Source of the DNA: Candidatus Sulfomarinibacteraceae bacterium | GTDB lineage: Bacteria; Acidobacteriota; Thermoanaerobaculia; Thermoanaerobaculales; Sulfomarinibacteraceae | Assembly (NCBI GenBank): GCA_963796455.1 | Contig: CAWCLO010000010.1 | Span: 320,001 to 384,000, forward strand | DNA length: 64,000 bases | Direction: 5' to 3' | In this document: piece after piece, positions 18,705-28,627 of the stretch | Numbering within the stretch: the first letter of the stretch is position 1 | How the letters are laid out: each line of letters starts with the position of its first letter | The notes under the pieces: model-generated | The model's input: the letters and a program-made list of their open reading frames with translations, nothing else | What the model was told of the DNA's origin: nothing | The model's database searches: none | Made by a program: the position numbers and the translations under genes

Positions 18705-19646
18705 TCAGCCGACGAGCTCGGCGATGGCCTTTTCAACACCTTCAACGGTGCCCGCCTGGAAACACACCGCCTCGCGATCGATGCGCTTCACCAATCCGGA
18801 TAGCACCTTGCCGGTGCCAATCTCGACAAAGGTGTCGAATCCATCGCTGCGCATTCGTCTGATTGTTTCCGACCACAGGACGGGCGAATCCACCTGACGA
18901 ATCAGACCACTCCGAACATCGTCGGGCAGGGTCACCGGCGCAGCATCGATGTTGCGATACAAGGGCACACTGAGTTCTTGGAAGTCGAGATCCATCAGCG
19001 ACGGCTGCAGACCTTCCCGGGCCGGCACCATCAGTGGCGAGTGAAAGGGGGCCGAGACCGGCAGGGGCAGCGCCCGTTTGGCACCGCGCTCCTTGCAACG
19101 TTCGCAGGCGCCCGCCACCGCGGCTGCTCCACCGGCGATGACAACCTGGCCGGGAGAGTTGAAATTGACGGCGGCGACAGTTCCTCCGCCTCCGGCCTCC
19201 TCGTCGCGGCAAACAGATACGACCACATCGTCATCGAGCCCGATGATCGCCGCCATCGCACCTTCACCGACCGGAACCGCCTCCTGCATGAGCCGACCGC
19301 GAAGCTTCACCGTTCGTGCCGCATCGGCGAGATCGAGGCCACCCGCCGCCACCACCGCCGAGTACTCGCCAAGGCTGTGGCCGGCAACCGCTGCCGCGGA
19401 AAAGCCCGCAGCCACCAATACCGACCACGCCGCAATCGAGTGGGTGAGCAGCGCCGGTTGAGTGTTCTCGGTGAGGCGCAGATCTTCCTCAGGGCCATCC
19501 CAACACAGTTCGGACAAGGACATGGAGAGACCGCCATCCACGGTCGAAAATACCTCGGCCGCCGACGGCCAGCGTTCGGCAAGATCTCGGCCCATACCGA
19601 CCGCCTGGGATCCCTGGCCGGGAAACAGAGCAGCAATTTTCGTCAT
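18705..19646 (-). CDS. fabD: Malonyl-CoA:ACP transacylase
   Basis: FPGQGSQ, GHSLGEYS and VSAPFHS motifs. Confidence 0.95.
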   Translation of the reverse strand: MTKIAALFPGQGSQAVGMGRDLAERWPSAAEVFSTVDGGLSMSLSELCWDGPEEDLRLTENTQPALLTHSIAAWSVLVAAGFSAAAVAGHSLGEYSAVVAAGGLDLADAARTVKLRGRLMQEAVPVGEGAMAAIIGLDDDVVVSVCRDEEAGGGGTVAAVNFNSPGQVVIAGGAAAVAGACERCKERGAKRALPLPVSAPFHSPLMVPAREGLQPSLMDLDFQELSVPLYRNIDAAPVTLPDDVRSGLIRQVDSPVLWSETIRRMRSDGFDTFVEIGTGKVLSGLVKRIDREAVCFQAGTVEGVEKAIAELVG

Positions 19647-20680
19647 TTTCGGCTGTCCTCTCGTCTCGACGACGTCGCAAGAACCTCGAGAATCTTGTCG
19701 CCTATCTGTTCGATCACTCCGCACACGGCATAGGAATCGGCGAATCGTACGGCGTTGCGCACCGCCTTGGCCGAAGATCTCCCGTGACCGATCAGACAGG
19801 CTCCGTTGACACCGAGCAGAGGGGCGCCTCCATACTCCGCATAATCGACCTTGTTGCGCAGATTTCTGAACGCGCCCTTGGCCATCAACAGACCGGCGCC
19901 GTACATGGGAGACTGACGGACCTCATCCATCAGCATGCCGATCACCATCTCGCCAAAACCCTCGGCTACCTTGAGCACGATGTTGCCGGTAAATCCGTCG
20001 CATACGATGACATCGACATCAGCGGAGAAAACATCGCCGCCCTCGATATTGCCGACGAAATTGATCCCCGCGGCTTTGAGAACCAGATTGCGCTCACGGG
20101 CCCTGGGGCCGCCCTTGTTCTCTTCCTCGCCAACCGACATCAAACCGACCCTTGGTGCGGTGACGCCAAGGACCGCCTCAGCGTAAAACGAACCCATGAC
20201 CGCAAACTGAACCAACTGGTGAGGCTTGCACTCCATATTGGCGCCGACATCGAGCACCAGCGTGCGGCCGTCGTTCTTTGGCACCACCGCTGCGAGCGCC
20301 GGGCGGTCGACCCCATCAATCATCCCGAAGATCGACTTGGCAGCGATCCACGCGGCACCCGTATTGCCTGCGGTGACCATCGCCGTCGCACGACCATCCT
20401 TCACCAACTCGGCGCACACATTCAGTGATGATCGCCTTTTCCCACGAAGCACACTGATGGGCGGGTCCTGCATTTCGACGACATCGGGGGCATCGACGAG
20501 CTCGAGACCTGAGGGCAGGACGCGAAAACGCCCCATCTCTCTGCGGAGCTTTTTCTGGGGACCGACCAGGAGAACCGGAATATCGTTCTCGGTCACCGCT
20601 TCGACAGCTCCGCGGATCACCGTTTGGGGCGCTCCATCGCCGCCCATGGCGTCAACCGCGATCGGACCCTTGGCCCGCAT
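19643..20680 (-). CDS. plsX: Phosphate acyltransferase
   Basis: IAVDAMGGD, AGNTGA, VCDGFTGN and YGGAPLLG motifs. Confidence 0.95.
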   Translation of the reverse strand: MRAKGPIAVDAMGGDGAPQTVIRGAVEAVTENDIPVLLVGPQKKLRREMGRFRVLPSGLELVDAPDVVEMQDPPISVLRGKRRSSLNVCAELVKDGRATAMVTAGNTGAAWIAAKSIFGMIDGVDRPALAAVVPKNDGRTLVLDVGANMECKPHQLVQFAVMGSFYAEAVLGVTAPRVGLMSVGEEENKGGPRARERNLVLKAAGINFVGNIEGGDVFSADVDVIVCDGFTGNIVLKVAEGFGEMVIGMLMDEVRQSPMYGAGLLMAKGAFRNLRNKVDYAEYGGAPLLGVNGACLIGHGRSSAKAVRNAVRFADSYAVCGVIEQIGDKILEVLATSSRREDSRK

Positions 20681-20744
20681 GTCTCACAAACTCGTTTCCG
20701 CGGCCGTCATTTTGCCGCCGACAGGAGACCGGGGATCATCAATC

Positions 20745-20930
20745 TCAGTCGAGCTCTTCGACCCGGATAACCTCACGACCCTTGTAGCTGCCGCAGTGCG
20801 GACACACCTGATGCGGCGGCTTGGGTTCAAAACACGACGTGCACAGGCTCTTGCCCGGGGTTGCCAGGGCGTGATGCGAACGACGTTTGTCGCGGCGCGT
20901 TCTCGATATTTTATGTTTCGGATTGGCCAT
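20745..20930 (-). CDS. rpmF: 50S ribosomal protein L32
   Basis: MANPKHKISRTRRDKRRSH...CxxC...PHQVCPHCGSY. Confidence 0.95.
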   Translation of the reverse strand: MANPKHKISRTRRDKRRSHHALATPGKSLCTSCFEPKPPHQVCPHCGSYKGREVIRVEELD

Positions 20931-20953
20931 TGTCAGACTCCATAATTCTTCGA

Positions 20954-21481
20954 TCAACTCTCGCGGCGGTCGCCAGCAAGATCGGCGAGGGCGCCCCATC
21001 TCGGGTCGACCTCCGGTTCGCAGGCGCAGGCACCCGCTCGATTGAGGTTGGCGCCGCACCGCGCGCACAACCCGGCACAATTCGGATCACACAGACAGCG
21101 CATCGGCAGGGCAAGGATGGCCTGCTCGGCTGCGAGTTCTCCAAGGTCGAGTTCTCCTTCGTTAAAAAACGCGACGTCGAGATCATCCTCTTCGAGACCG
21201 ATTTCATCTTCAAGCGACCCCGACGACGGGCGACGGTAGCGGACGGTGAAGTCCTCGCTCTCTTGCCACGGCACCACTTCCAAACACCGTGCACAGGCCA
21301 GCGACCCCTCGCTCGAGCTGCTTCCGACGATCGTGAACGACTCGTCATGGGGATGCACCTCACCTTTGAGCCGAACGCTCAACGGCGCCGTCACCAGTTC
21401 GGAATCAATCCGATCGGGTCCCACCGCAACCGTTTCGTCGAAACGGAGCGGCCCCTCGAGTTTGAATAGATCGATCTTCAC
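20954..21481 (-). CDS. yceD: DUF177 (YceD-family) protein
   Basis: CARCL and LPMRCLCDPNCAGLCARCGANLN...DPRW motifs; directly upstream of rpmF. Confidence 0.9.
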   Translation of the reverse strand: MKIDLFKLEGPLRFDETVAVGPDRIDSELVTAPLSVRLKGEVHPHDESFTIVGSSSSEGSLACARCLEVVPWQESEDFTVRYRRPSSGSLEDEIGLEEDDLDVAFFNEGELDLGELAAEQAILALPMRCLCDPNCAGLCARCGANLNRAGACACEPEVDPRWGALADLAGDRRES

Positions 21482-21589
21482 GCACACCTCTCCCCGCAGG
21501 GATTGCGAAGTATAGCACCTGTCTCGTTTTGACTCCAACTCATCCGTGGTGTTGACGAACCGACTCCCGATCACCACCGCGGAGAAGGG

Positions 21590-22441
21590 TCAAACTGCGG
21601 CGCGGGCAGAGTCCGTTGAGATGCCGGCCACCGCAATCGCGGCGCCGAGCGCGGTCAGCGAGATGACCGTCCACAGGTTCTCGCCGACAACGGGGGTGAA
21701 CCTCAGAGCGAGCAGAATCAAGAGACCGACAAAGACCTCGAGACTGATCGGCATCGGGTGATGAAACCACCGTTCGAGCACCGCGCCACCGAGCCAGCAC
21801 CCGAGCACCGTGAGGCCCACCGCCTTGGCGGCAAAGAAAATGATCATCAGACTCGCAACCAGTGGAACCCCGAGGGCCGGACCAAAACCGAGCGCCGCCA
21901 CCACCGAGGCCACAACCGTCAACCCGAGCAAAAGACCGAGAGCCAGGATTTTGAATCCAAAGGTCGGAACAGCCCACGCTCCGAATCGAATTCTCACCGG
22001 AAACAAAAAGGCCAGCCCGGTGGTCACCAACAACCACCCGCCGGCCGTCAAGAGGCGCATCGAAAAGTCGACCTGCCGAGGATCGCCTGAAACCGGGGAA
22101 GCGCCGCCAAGACTCGCGAGCGATGAGTAGCCGAGTACCCGCCCACCCACGGTCGCGTCTCTGGAAACCTCCACGTGACCTAAAACAGCCACTACATGTC
22201 CATCGACCTCGACATCCCGAGAGACGATGACGTCGCCGCCGATCGCGACCGCGTCGCCCTCGATCCGAGTACCGGGTTCGAGATAAAGGTCGGCGCCGAA
22301 AACGACCACGTCGCCTTCAACCGGATGACCGATGTGAAGATCCTTGAGGACAGCCGCCTGACCTGCTCCAGCATTATTGACGAAGGAAATGCCGAGGAGG
22401 AAAAGGAGCGCTGAGATTCGGATCAGTGATCGTTGCGCCAC
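21590..22441 (-). CDS. Membrane protein with an N-terminal bactofilin/beta-helix-like (polymer-forming) domain
   Basis: Repeats VEGDVVVFG, IEGDAVAIGG, VDGHVVAVLG followed by several TM helices; GTG start inferred. Confidence 0.7.
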   Translation of the reverse strand: MAQRSLIRISALLFLLGISFVNNAGAGQAAVLKDLHIGHPVEGDVVVFGADLYLEPGTRIEGDAVAIGGDVIVSRDVEVDGHVVAVLGHVEVSRDATVGGRVLGYSSLASLGGASPVSGDPRQVDFSMRLLTAGGWLLVTTGLAFLFPVRIRFGAWAVPTFGFKILALGLLLGLTVVASVVAALGFGPALGVPLVASLMIIFFAAKAVGLTVLGCWLGGAVLERWFHHPMPISLEVFVGLLILLALRFTPVVGENLWTVISLTALGAAIAVAGISTDSARAAV

Positions 22442-22962
22442 GGTGACGCCTTCCGCCAGCGCAACGCAGCCACCGCAACTGCGGCCAAACCGATCAAACC
22501 CAGCAAGCCGGCAGCAACAAGAACGGCTGGATCGAGCGTAGCGGCCGCACCACGGGCGCCGGTCGCAACCGCTGTTGTCCAATCGGCTGCGCTGGCCAAG
22601 AATGCCGTCCATCCCTGCGCCGACCACCGTGGCAGGAAGGACACGATGCCGCCACCCGGGACGCCACCGACCATGATGGCGCCGAGCAATGCCACGAAAA
22701 GTGAAGCGGCGACAGGTAAAAAGGCGACGATCCGGCGGCGCACACGAACCGGCCGAAGAGCGGCCATGACGTTCTTTTCGACAGATGGGTCCGCCGGCGG
22801 GATGGCTCTTTTGAACAGAAAGCCTATGGCCTTTTCGCTTGCGGCAACTTCGCGGCACTCTGGGCACGCGTCAAGATGCCGCCGCGCAGCCTCTTCGAGG
22901 CGCTCGACTGAGCCACCATATTCGGTGAGCATCTCTTGAATTGCCTGGCAATGAGTTGACAC
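22423..22962 (-). CDS. Zinc-finger (zf-HC2) membrane anti-sigma factor
   Basis: HLDACPEC (HxxxCxxC) and two TM segments; directly downstream of an ECF sigma. Confidence 0.85.
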   Translation of the reverse strand: MSTHCQAIQEMLTEYGGSVERLEEAARRHLDACPECREVAASEKAIGFLFKRAIPPADPSVEKNVMAALRPVRVRRRIVAFLPVAASLFVALLGAIMVGGVPGGGIVSFLPRWSAQGWTAFLASAADWTTAVATGARGAAATLDPAVLVAAGLLGLIGLAAVAVAALRWRKASPWRNDH

Positions 22963-22990
22963 TGTGCCTCCCGTCGCATCTTATCAGCCG

Positions 22991-23572
22991 CTATAAGAAT
23001 TCGGCCAATGCTTTACGTAATACGGAGTGTGCTCGAAAAAGTTTGTTTTTTACGGTACCGAGCGGCATTTCTTTGAATTCGGCGATCTCCTGGTAGCTCA
23101 GACCCGCAAAATGGCGGAGCAGCACCAATTCCCGGTATTCCGGCCGGAGCCCCTCGATCACCTCACGCAGTTCCGATGAAAGTGCGGTGTTTTCGAGATG
23201 GCCGAGCGGGTCCTTTTCGGCATCGGGCAACACCATTTCAACTTCATCGCCTTCGGCATCTTTCCGGTAAATCGACACCGTCTTGAGCTTGCGTCGACGG
23301 AGTTGATCGATGCCGAGGTTGTGGGCAATGCGAAACAACCAGGTCGAAAAACGGTATTGCGGGTTGAATCGTTCCAGTGCCGACCACGCCCGAATAAAGG
23401 CCTCCTGCGACAACTCCCTGGCCAATTCGATATCGCCCACGAGTTGGCTGAGGAATGCGGTCAGCCGACGCTGATACCGGCGTACAAGGATGCCGAAAGC
23501 GCCCTCATCGCCATCCAACGCCAACTCCACCAGCCGTTCGTCGGGTAGTTTTGTTTCTGCTTGATCAGCCAC
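22991..23572 (-). CDS. ECF sigma factor, RpoE/SigW-like
   Basis: AFGILVRRYQ, FSTWLFRIAHN and PLGTVKNKLFRA motifs. Confidence 0.92.
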   Translation of the reverse strand: MADQAETKLPDERLVELALDGDEGAFGILVRRYQRRLTAFLSQLVGDIELARELSQEAFIRAWSALERFNPQYRFSTWLFRIAHNLGIDQLRRRKLKTVSIYRKDAEGDEVEMVLPDAEKDPLGHLENTALSSELREVIEGLRPEYRELVLLRHFAGLSYQEIAEFKEMPLGTVKNKLFRAHSVLRKALAEFL

Positions 23573-23584
23573 AACGCAGCATCA

Positions 23585-23611
23585 TACTCCTTCACCTCAG
23601 CATTGGTTTCA
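23585..23611 (-). promoter_or_regulatory. Candidate autoregulatory ECF promoter
   Basis: Minus strand TGAAAC-N17-AGTA, resembling the SigW-type TGAAAC...CGTA consensus. Confidence 0.4.
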
Positions 23612-23666
23612 CCACTACAAGGAGTCTCAAGGTGATTTTTGATACACTCCGGGCGGAGGTGCGTGC

Positions 23667-25427
23667 GTGCGAAACTCTTTCTTGCTCTGGATCCTTGCCG
23701 CCATCATTGTCGTTCCGGGTTTTTCCCAGACCGCAGATGAAGAAAATACCCTCGAGCGGAGGAGCGACCCGATTGGAGGTCTCACCTTTGTCGATGAAGT
23801 CGAGGTCTCGATCGCCAATGTCGTCGTCTATGTGACCGACAAGAAGGGCCTCGCCGTCACCGATCTGACGGCCGACGATTTCATCGTCCGCCAGGACGGT
23901 GACCTCAAGCAGATCAGCAACTTCAAACTTTATACCGACGACATCATCCGCGAGCAGTACGTGGACGAAACACCCGGTCTGCTGGAGGGACCCCCGCAAC
24001 CGACTCCGGTTCCCGATGCCGACGACGCGGCAGGACCGATTCCGGTTCACTTCGTCATCTACATCGACAACCAGAATCTGACACCGCTCGACCGCAATCG
24101 GGTCCTTTCCCAAACGCGCGAATTCATTCGTTCGAGCCTCCACCCACCGGCCAAGATGATGGTCGTCGCATACCAGAGGTCCTTCGAAGTACTGCAGCCG
24201 TTTACCGACAACCCGACTGAGGTGCTCGACGCCATGCGGAGCGTACGGCGCTACACCGGCGGTCGCAGCGAGCGCATCACCGCCGAGCGGGAAATCCTCG
24301 ACGACATCAAGCGTCTCGACGACAACAATCGATCCGGGGGGGGCGGTCAGGGCCACAGCCAGGGGCTTCAGGACATCTACCGGAAAATCGACCTGTTTGC
24401 CGAAGAGACATCAAACGATCTCCAATTCACGCTTGACAGTTTGCGTCAGATCATCACCAGCCTTTCCGGGCTCCCCGGAAAGAAGGGTGTTGTCTACGTC
24501 TCCAACGGGCTGCCGATGATTCCGGGAATGGCGCTGTACTACGAGCTCAGCCGAATGGCCAACAACTCGACCGCCCTGACCCAGATGTTCGAGCATGACA
24601 AGACGCGCTTCTATCAGAATCTCGCCAGCATCGCCAACTCCCAGGATGTCACCCTCTACATGGTTGATGCTTCCGGTTTGAGTCTGGGCAACACCAGCTC
24701 GGCGGAGTTCTCCAAGGCGCAGGATGGCCTTTCGGCCTCCGTTGGACAACACAACCTCACCGACAGCCTCCAGTTCCTTGCCGACGAGACAGGCGGGATC
24801 GCCATCATCAACACCAACGATGTGTCGCTGAAGCTCGAGCTCGTCAAGCAGGACATGTTCACCTACTATTCGATCGGCTATCCTCTGCAGGTCTCCGGTG
24901 GTGACAAGGTCCACAAGGTCTCAATCAAGCTGCAAGACAACCCCGAATTCAAGGACTACACTCTTCGGTACCGGTCTCGCTTTGTCGAGAAGTCCCTCGA
25001 AACCAGGGTCCAGGACACCGTGGTCTCGAGCCTGGTTTTTGAGGTTGAGGACAATCCGATGGGAATCGAGTTCACCTCGGGAACCCCCTCCGCCGCGAGT
25101 GAGAAAAGATGGCTGGTCCCGGCCCAGATCTCCTTTCCACTGAAAAATGTCGCCCTGTTGCCGGTCGGTGAGGACTATGTGGCGCGGGTGGTCATGTTCG
25201 TCGCGGTGCGTGATTCCGACGGCAAACAGTCCGACCTCGTCCGTCAGGAGCACGAGGTGAAGGTGCCGGCCTCGGTCTACGAGCAGGCCCAGAACCAGAT
25301 GTGGACGCTCGACACCCAACTTCTCATGGAATCCGGTCGATACAAAATGTCGGTGGCGATCCTCGACCCGATCACCCGCCAGGATTCCTACAAAACAATT
25401 TCGAAGGCGGTCTTTCCCGACAAATAG
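23667..25427 (+). CDS. VWA-domain protein (acidobacterial VWFA-related type)
   Basis: VVVYVTDKKG...DLTADDF, LSGLPGKKGVVYVSNG, LADETGG and YYSIGY motifs; signal peptide. Confidence 0.85.
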   Translation: MRNSFLLWILAAIIVVPGFSQTADEENTLERRSDPIGGLTFVDEVEVSIANVVVYVTDKKGLAVTDLTADDFIVRQDGDLKQISNFKLYTDDIIREQYVDETPGLLEGPPQPTPVPDADDAAGPIPVHFVIYIDNQNLTPLDRNRVLSQTREFIRSSLHPPAKMMVVAYQRSFEVLQPFTDNPTEVLDAMRSVRRYTGGRSERITAEREILDDIKRLDDNNRSGGGGQGHSQGLQDIYRKIDLFAEETSNDLQFTLDSLRQIITSLSGLPGKKGVVYVSNGLPMIPGMALYYELSRMANNSTALTQMFEHDKTRFYQNLASIANSQDVTLYMVDASGLSLGNTSSAEFSKAQDGLSASVGQHNLTDSLQFLADETGGIAIINTNDVSLKLELVKQDMFTYYSIGYPLQVSGGDKVHKVSIKLQDNPEFKDYTLRYRSRFVEKSLETRVQDTVVSSLVFEVEDNPMGIEFTSGTPSAASEKRWLVPAQISFPLKNVALLPVGEDYVARVVMFVAVRDSDGKQSDLVRQEHEVKVPASVYEQAQNQMWTLDTQLLMESGRYKMSVAILDPITRQDSYKTISKAVFPDK

Positions 25428-25438
25428 CCAGGTCGGCG

Positions 25439-25470
25439 GAGCGCGACACCCCTTTGTGCCTGTCGCGCTC
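25439..25470. terminator. Hairpin between convergent genes
   Basis: 10-bp stem GAGCGCGACA/TGTCGCGCTC; no clear U-tract. Confidence 0.5.
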
Positions 25471-26434
25471 AGTTCAATTTGGATTCCAGCGGCTCCAGGA
25501 TCAACCGACGGTTGCGATAGTCAAAGAACGATCGGAAGCGGCTGAGCAACCCGTTGCCCACAATTCCGTTGAGATCGGGGATATTTCGAACCGCCGGCAC
25601 CCGGAAAGGCTCGATAAAACTCGTCTCGACCGAATTGACCTGCACCAACCCCATCTCCAGTCGATGGATCGAGGCCACATTCACCTCGATCGCGCCCGAG
25701 ACTCCAAAACTGCCGCTCCGGGAGAGATTTCCCGAAGGCTTGAGGCGGCGCTTGGAACCGGTGACCAGGGTCAGGTAGCGAGCCGAGCCGGAGTCGATCA
25801 TCAACCGGACATCCACCGGTTTCTTGCCCTCCTCGATCGTCACGATCGCGTTGATGATCGGCCGCTGGTCGACGATCTCGATCGGCAGGACCACCCCATC
25901 GCCCCGATACGAGAATTCCCCGGGTTCATGCAGCACCACCACCCGTCGGAGCGGGTCGATCTCGACGACAAAACGATCAAAGAGCTCGGAACCGAGAAAG
26001 CCATCGATGTGGCGGCCAAAGACATCGAAAAGACGGGCGCCGATATCGTGCGTTGCCAGCGAAACATCGAGCACCGGAACACCCTGGCTGGAGATCGCGA
26101 CCTCTTCGGTGATCAAGACCTGGGTTGCTCCCGATCCGAGACCACGGGCGAGACCCGACTCGCGGACCTCGAGTTCAAGCGCCGTTGCCAGCAGGGGGTC
26201 GGTGATCGCGCTCATGGTCGCGCCGGAGTCGACGATGAAATTCAAGGTCGCGGACCCTGCAACTGTTGCCGGCACCAGAATGACTCCGGCAAAGGGCTCA
26301 AAATTCAGTTCAATAACACACCTAGCGGCATCTTCGTGAGGATCTTCCTCCGACCCGAAGCCGGACGAAAACGGGAGAAGTGCAAGGACGACGATCATCC
26401 CCGCCCGCAACAGGTTTTCCGGTGAGGATCTCAC
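25469..26434 (-). CDS. Secreted aspartyl protease with two retropepsin-like domains
   Basis: FIVDSGA and LMIDSGSA motifs, with GFLGSELF and GIVGNGLL. Confidence 0.85.
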   Translation of the reverse strand: MRSSPENLLRAGMIVVLALLPFSSGFGSEEDPHEDAARCVIELNFEPFAGVILVPATVAGSATLNFIVDSGATMSAITDPLLATALELEVRESGLARGLGSGATQVLITEEVAISSQGVPVLDVSLATHDIGARLFDVFGRHIDGFLGSELFDRFVVEIDPLRRVVVLHEPGEFSYRGDGVVLPIEIVDQRPIINAIVTIEEGKKPVDVRLMIDSGSARYLTLVTGSKRRLKPSGNLSRSGSFGVSGAIEVNVASIHRLEMGLVQVNSVETSFIEPFRVPAVRNIPDLNGIVGNGLLSRFRSFFDYRNRRLILEPLESKLN

Positions 26435-26473
26435 AATGACCGAGTGTAGCGGACTTTTCTCCAGGGCCGAAAG

Positions 26474-26977
26474 TTATTCGAGTTCGATCAGAAGCTCGCC
26501 ACCATCGACTGTCGCTCCTTCGATGACATGGACCTCAACGACGCGCCCCGCCTGCTCGGCCGCCAGTTCGTTCTCCATCTTCATGGCTTCGAGCACCACC
26601 AGCGGTTGCCCGGGCACCACCTCATCACCCGGAGCGACCTTGACCGCCACGACTTTTCCGGGAATCGGCGCCGTCAAACGGCTGGGTCCGCCGTCCCGAG
26701 CTCCCATCACATCTTCAGAGGCTGCGCCCGGTGTGAGTACCGAAAAATCGAATTCCCGCTCTCCGACTCCGACACACCAGCTTCCTTTCGATCCCTGCTG
26801 GTAGGTGATCTGGAAGCTTCGCCCATCAGAAGGAAAACGCATGGATGCGATCGCGCCGTCAAGACGCACAAGCTCGACCGGAACGCTGCGACCATCGAAC
26901 TCGAGCAAAAAGGCCCCGCCCTGCCGCTCAACCTTGATCTCTCGATTCTCTTCGCCACCGCGGACGACCCATTTCAT
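26474..26977 (-). CDS. Biotin carboxyl carrier subunit of an acyl-CoA carboxylase
   Basis: EAMKMENEL biotinylation motif. Confidence 0.92.
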   Translation of the reverse strand: MKWVVRGGEENREIKVERQGGAFLLEFDGRSVPVELVRLDGAIASMRFPSDGRSFQITYQQGSKGSWCVGVGEREFDFSVLTPGAASEDVMGARDGGPSRLTAPIPGKVVAVKVAPGDEVVPGQPLVVLEAMKMENELAAEQAGRVVEVHVIEGATVDGGELLIELE

Positions 26978-28488
26978 CGCGGAAACCTCCCATGCAGGAC
27001 CCTCGCCCCTTCGATCCACCAGTTGCTGTCCGTGCCGTATTCAAAGAGGTCGTCGGGCAGGCCGTCGGTCGACAGGGTGGCGAGACACGCCGCCGCCAGG
27101 ATCGCAGCCTCCTCGACCTCGGGGTCCTGTCCTCCAATCCCGTCGAGACCACCGGACTCCAGGAGTTCGTCAAGAAACTTGGTATGGAAATCGAACTCGT
27201 GGAAAGCCTTCATGCCCACCAGCGCCCGGAACAGCGTCAAGGTGGTGGCAACGCCGCGAATTTGAAACTCCTCGAGGGCGCGATCCAAACGCCTGACAGC
27301 CGCCTCGCGATCGGGAGCCCAGATCACGAGCTTGGCGAGCATGGGGTCATAGTCCAGGGGCACCACACTCTCGGTCACGACGCCCGAGTCAAGACGCACA
27401 CCCGGGCCAGATGGTTGGAGAAAGAGGCTGATTCGACCCGGCGATGGCGCAAAATTTCGCAACGGGTCCTCGGCGTAAACGCGACACTCGATGGCATGTC
27501 CACGAGGAACCAGATCCTCTTGAATGAGGGAGAGAGATTCGCCGAGTGCAATGTTGATCTGTTCTTGGACGAGGTCGACTCCGAAAACCTCCTCGGTCAC
27601 CGGGTGTTCGACCTGCAGGCGGGTGTTCATCTCGAGAAAGAAGAAGTTTCCATCGGGATCGAGCAGAAACTCCACGGTGCCGACCGAGTGATAACCCGAG
27701 GCCCTGACCAGTGCCAATGCCGCCTCGCCGAGGGATCGGCGCAGGTCTTCTTCAACAACCGGTGAAGGACACTCCTCCACCACCTTCTGGTGCCGTCTCT
27801 GAATCGAGCACTCTCGTTCACCGACATAGGCTGCATTACCTTTGCGATCGGCGACGATCTGCACCTCGATATGGCGGGCTCGATCCACCAGCCGTTCAAC
27901 AAAGACACGGGAATCACCGAAATAAGCCAGGCCTTCGGAGCACGCTCGTTCGTATGAGGACTCGAGGTCGGCGCGGTCGTTGACTGCGCGCATGCCTTTG
28001 CCTCCGCCACCTGCCACCGCTTTCAGCAACACCGGCAGCCCGTGTTCGTCGACAAATGCATGGAGTTCCTGGATGTCCTCGATGGGTTTCATGAGGCCGG
28101 GAATCAACGGCACGTCGCATTCGACCGCGAGGTTTCGGGAGGCGGTCTTGGAACCCATCAGCCGCATCGCATCAGGGGGCGGACCGACCCAGGTGACGCC
28201 AGCCGCCTCGACCCGTTCCGCGAAGTCGGCGTTTTCGGCCAGAAAACCATAACCCGGGTGGAGCAGATCCGCGCCCGAGATCCTACAGGTTTCGAGCAAA
28301 CGATCCATATCGAGATAACTCTCAGCCGCCGGCGCCGGGCCGATGGGAAAGCTCTGGTCGGCCATCAAAACATGGGGGGCGAGCCGGTCGACCTCCGAGT
28401 AGACCGACACCGTTTCGATCCCCATCTCACGGCAGCCTCGAATGATCCGGACAGCGATCTCACCTCGATTGGCGACCAGGAGTTTCAT
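26974..28488 (-). CDS. accC: Biotin carboxylase subunit (AccC/PccA-like)
   Basis: ANRGEIAVR, HPGYGFLAEN, GGGGKGMR, RECSIQRRHQK and EMNTRLQVEH motifs. Confidence 0.9.
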   Translation of the reverse strand: MKLLVANRGEIAVRIIRGCREMGIETVSVYSEVDRLAPHVLMADQSFPIGPAPAAESYLDMDRLLETCRISGADLLHPGYGFLAENADFAERVEAAGVTWVGPPPDAMRLMGSKTASRNLAVECDVPLIPGLMKPIEDIQELHAFVDEHGLPVLLKAVAGGGGKGMRAVNDRADLESSYERACSEGLAYFGDSRVFVERLVDRARHIEVQIVADRKGNAAYVGERECSIQRRHQKVVEECPSPVVEEDLRRSLGEAALALVRASGYHSVGTVEFLLDPDGNFFFLEMNTRLQVEHPVTEEVFGVDLVQEQINIALGESLSLIQEDLVPRGHAIECRVYAEDPLRNFAPSPGRISLFLQPSGPGVRLDSGVVTESVVPLDYDPMLAKLVIWAPDREAAVRRLDRALEEFQIRGVATTLTLFRALVGMKAFHEFDFHTKFLDELLESGGLDGIGGQDPEVEEAAILAAACLATLSTDGLPDDLFEYGTDSNWWIEGARVLHGRFPR

Positions 28489-28518
28489 GCAGGTCCTCCA
28501 CGGCGGTGCGCCGCAAAA

Positions 28519-28627
28519 ATTTCCAGATTTCGGATTTCAAGTTTCGGAATCGTCGACAGTCGAGGGGTGTCGGTTGTCTGATCGGATGGAGTGGTCTGCA
28601 TTCCTGATTCCTAATTCCTAATTCCTA
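28519..28627. repeat. Intergenic heptamer-repeat element
   Basis: Left degenerate (TTTCGGA)-like units at 28519-28550; right ATTCCTG + (ATTCCTA)3 at 28600-28627, including the pccB stop codon. Confidence 0.8.
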
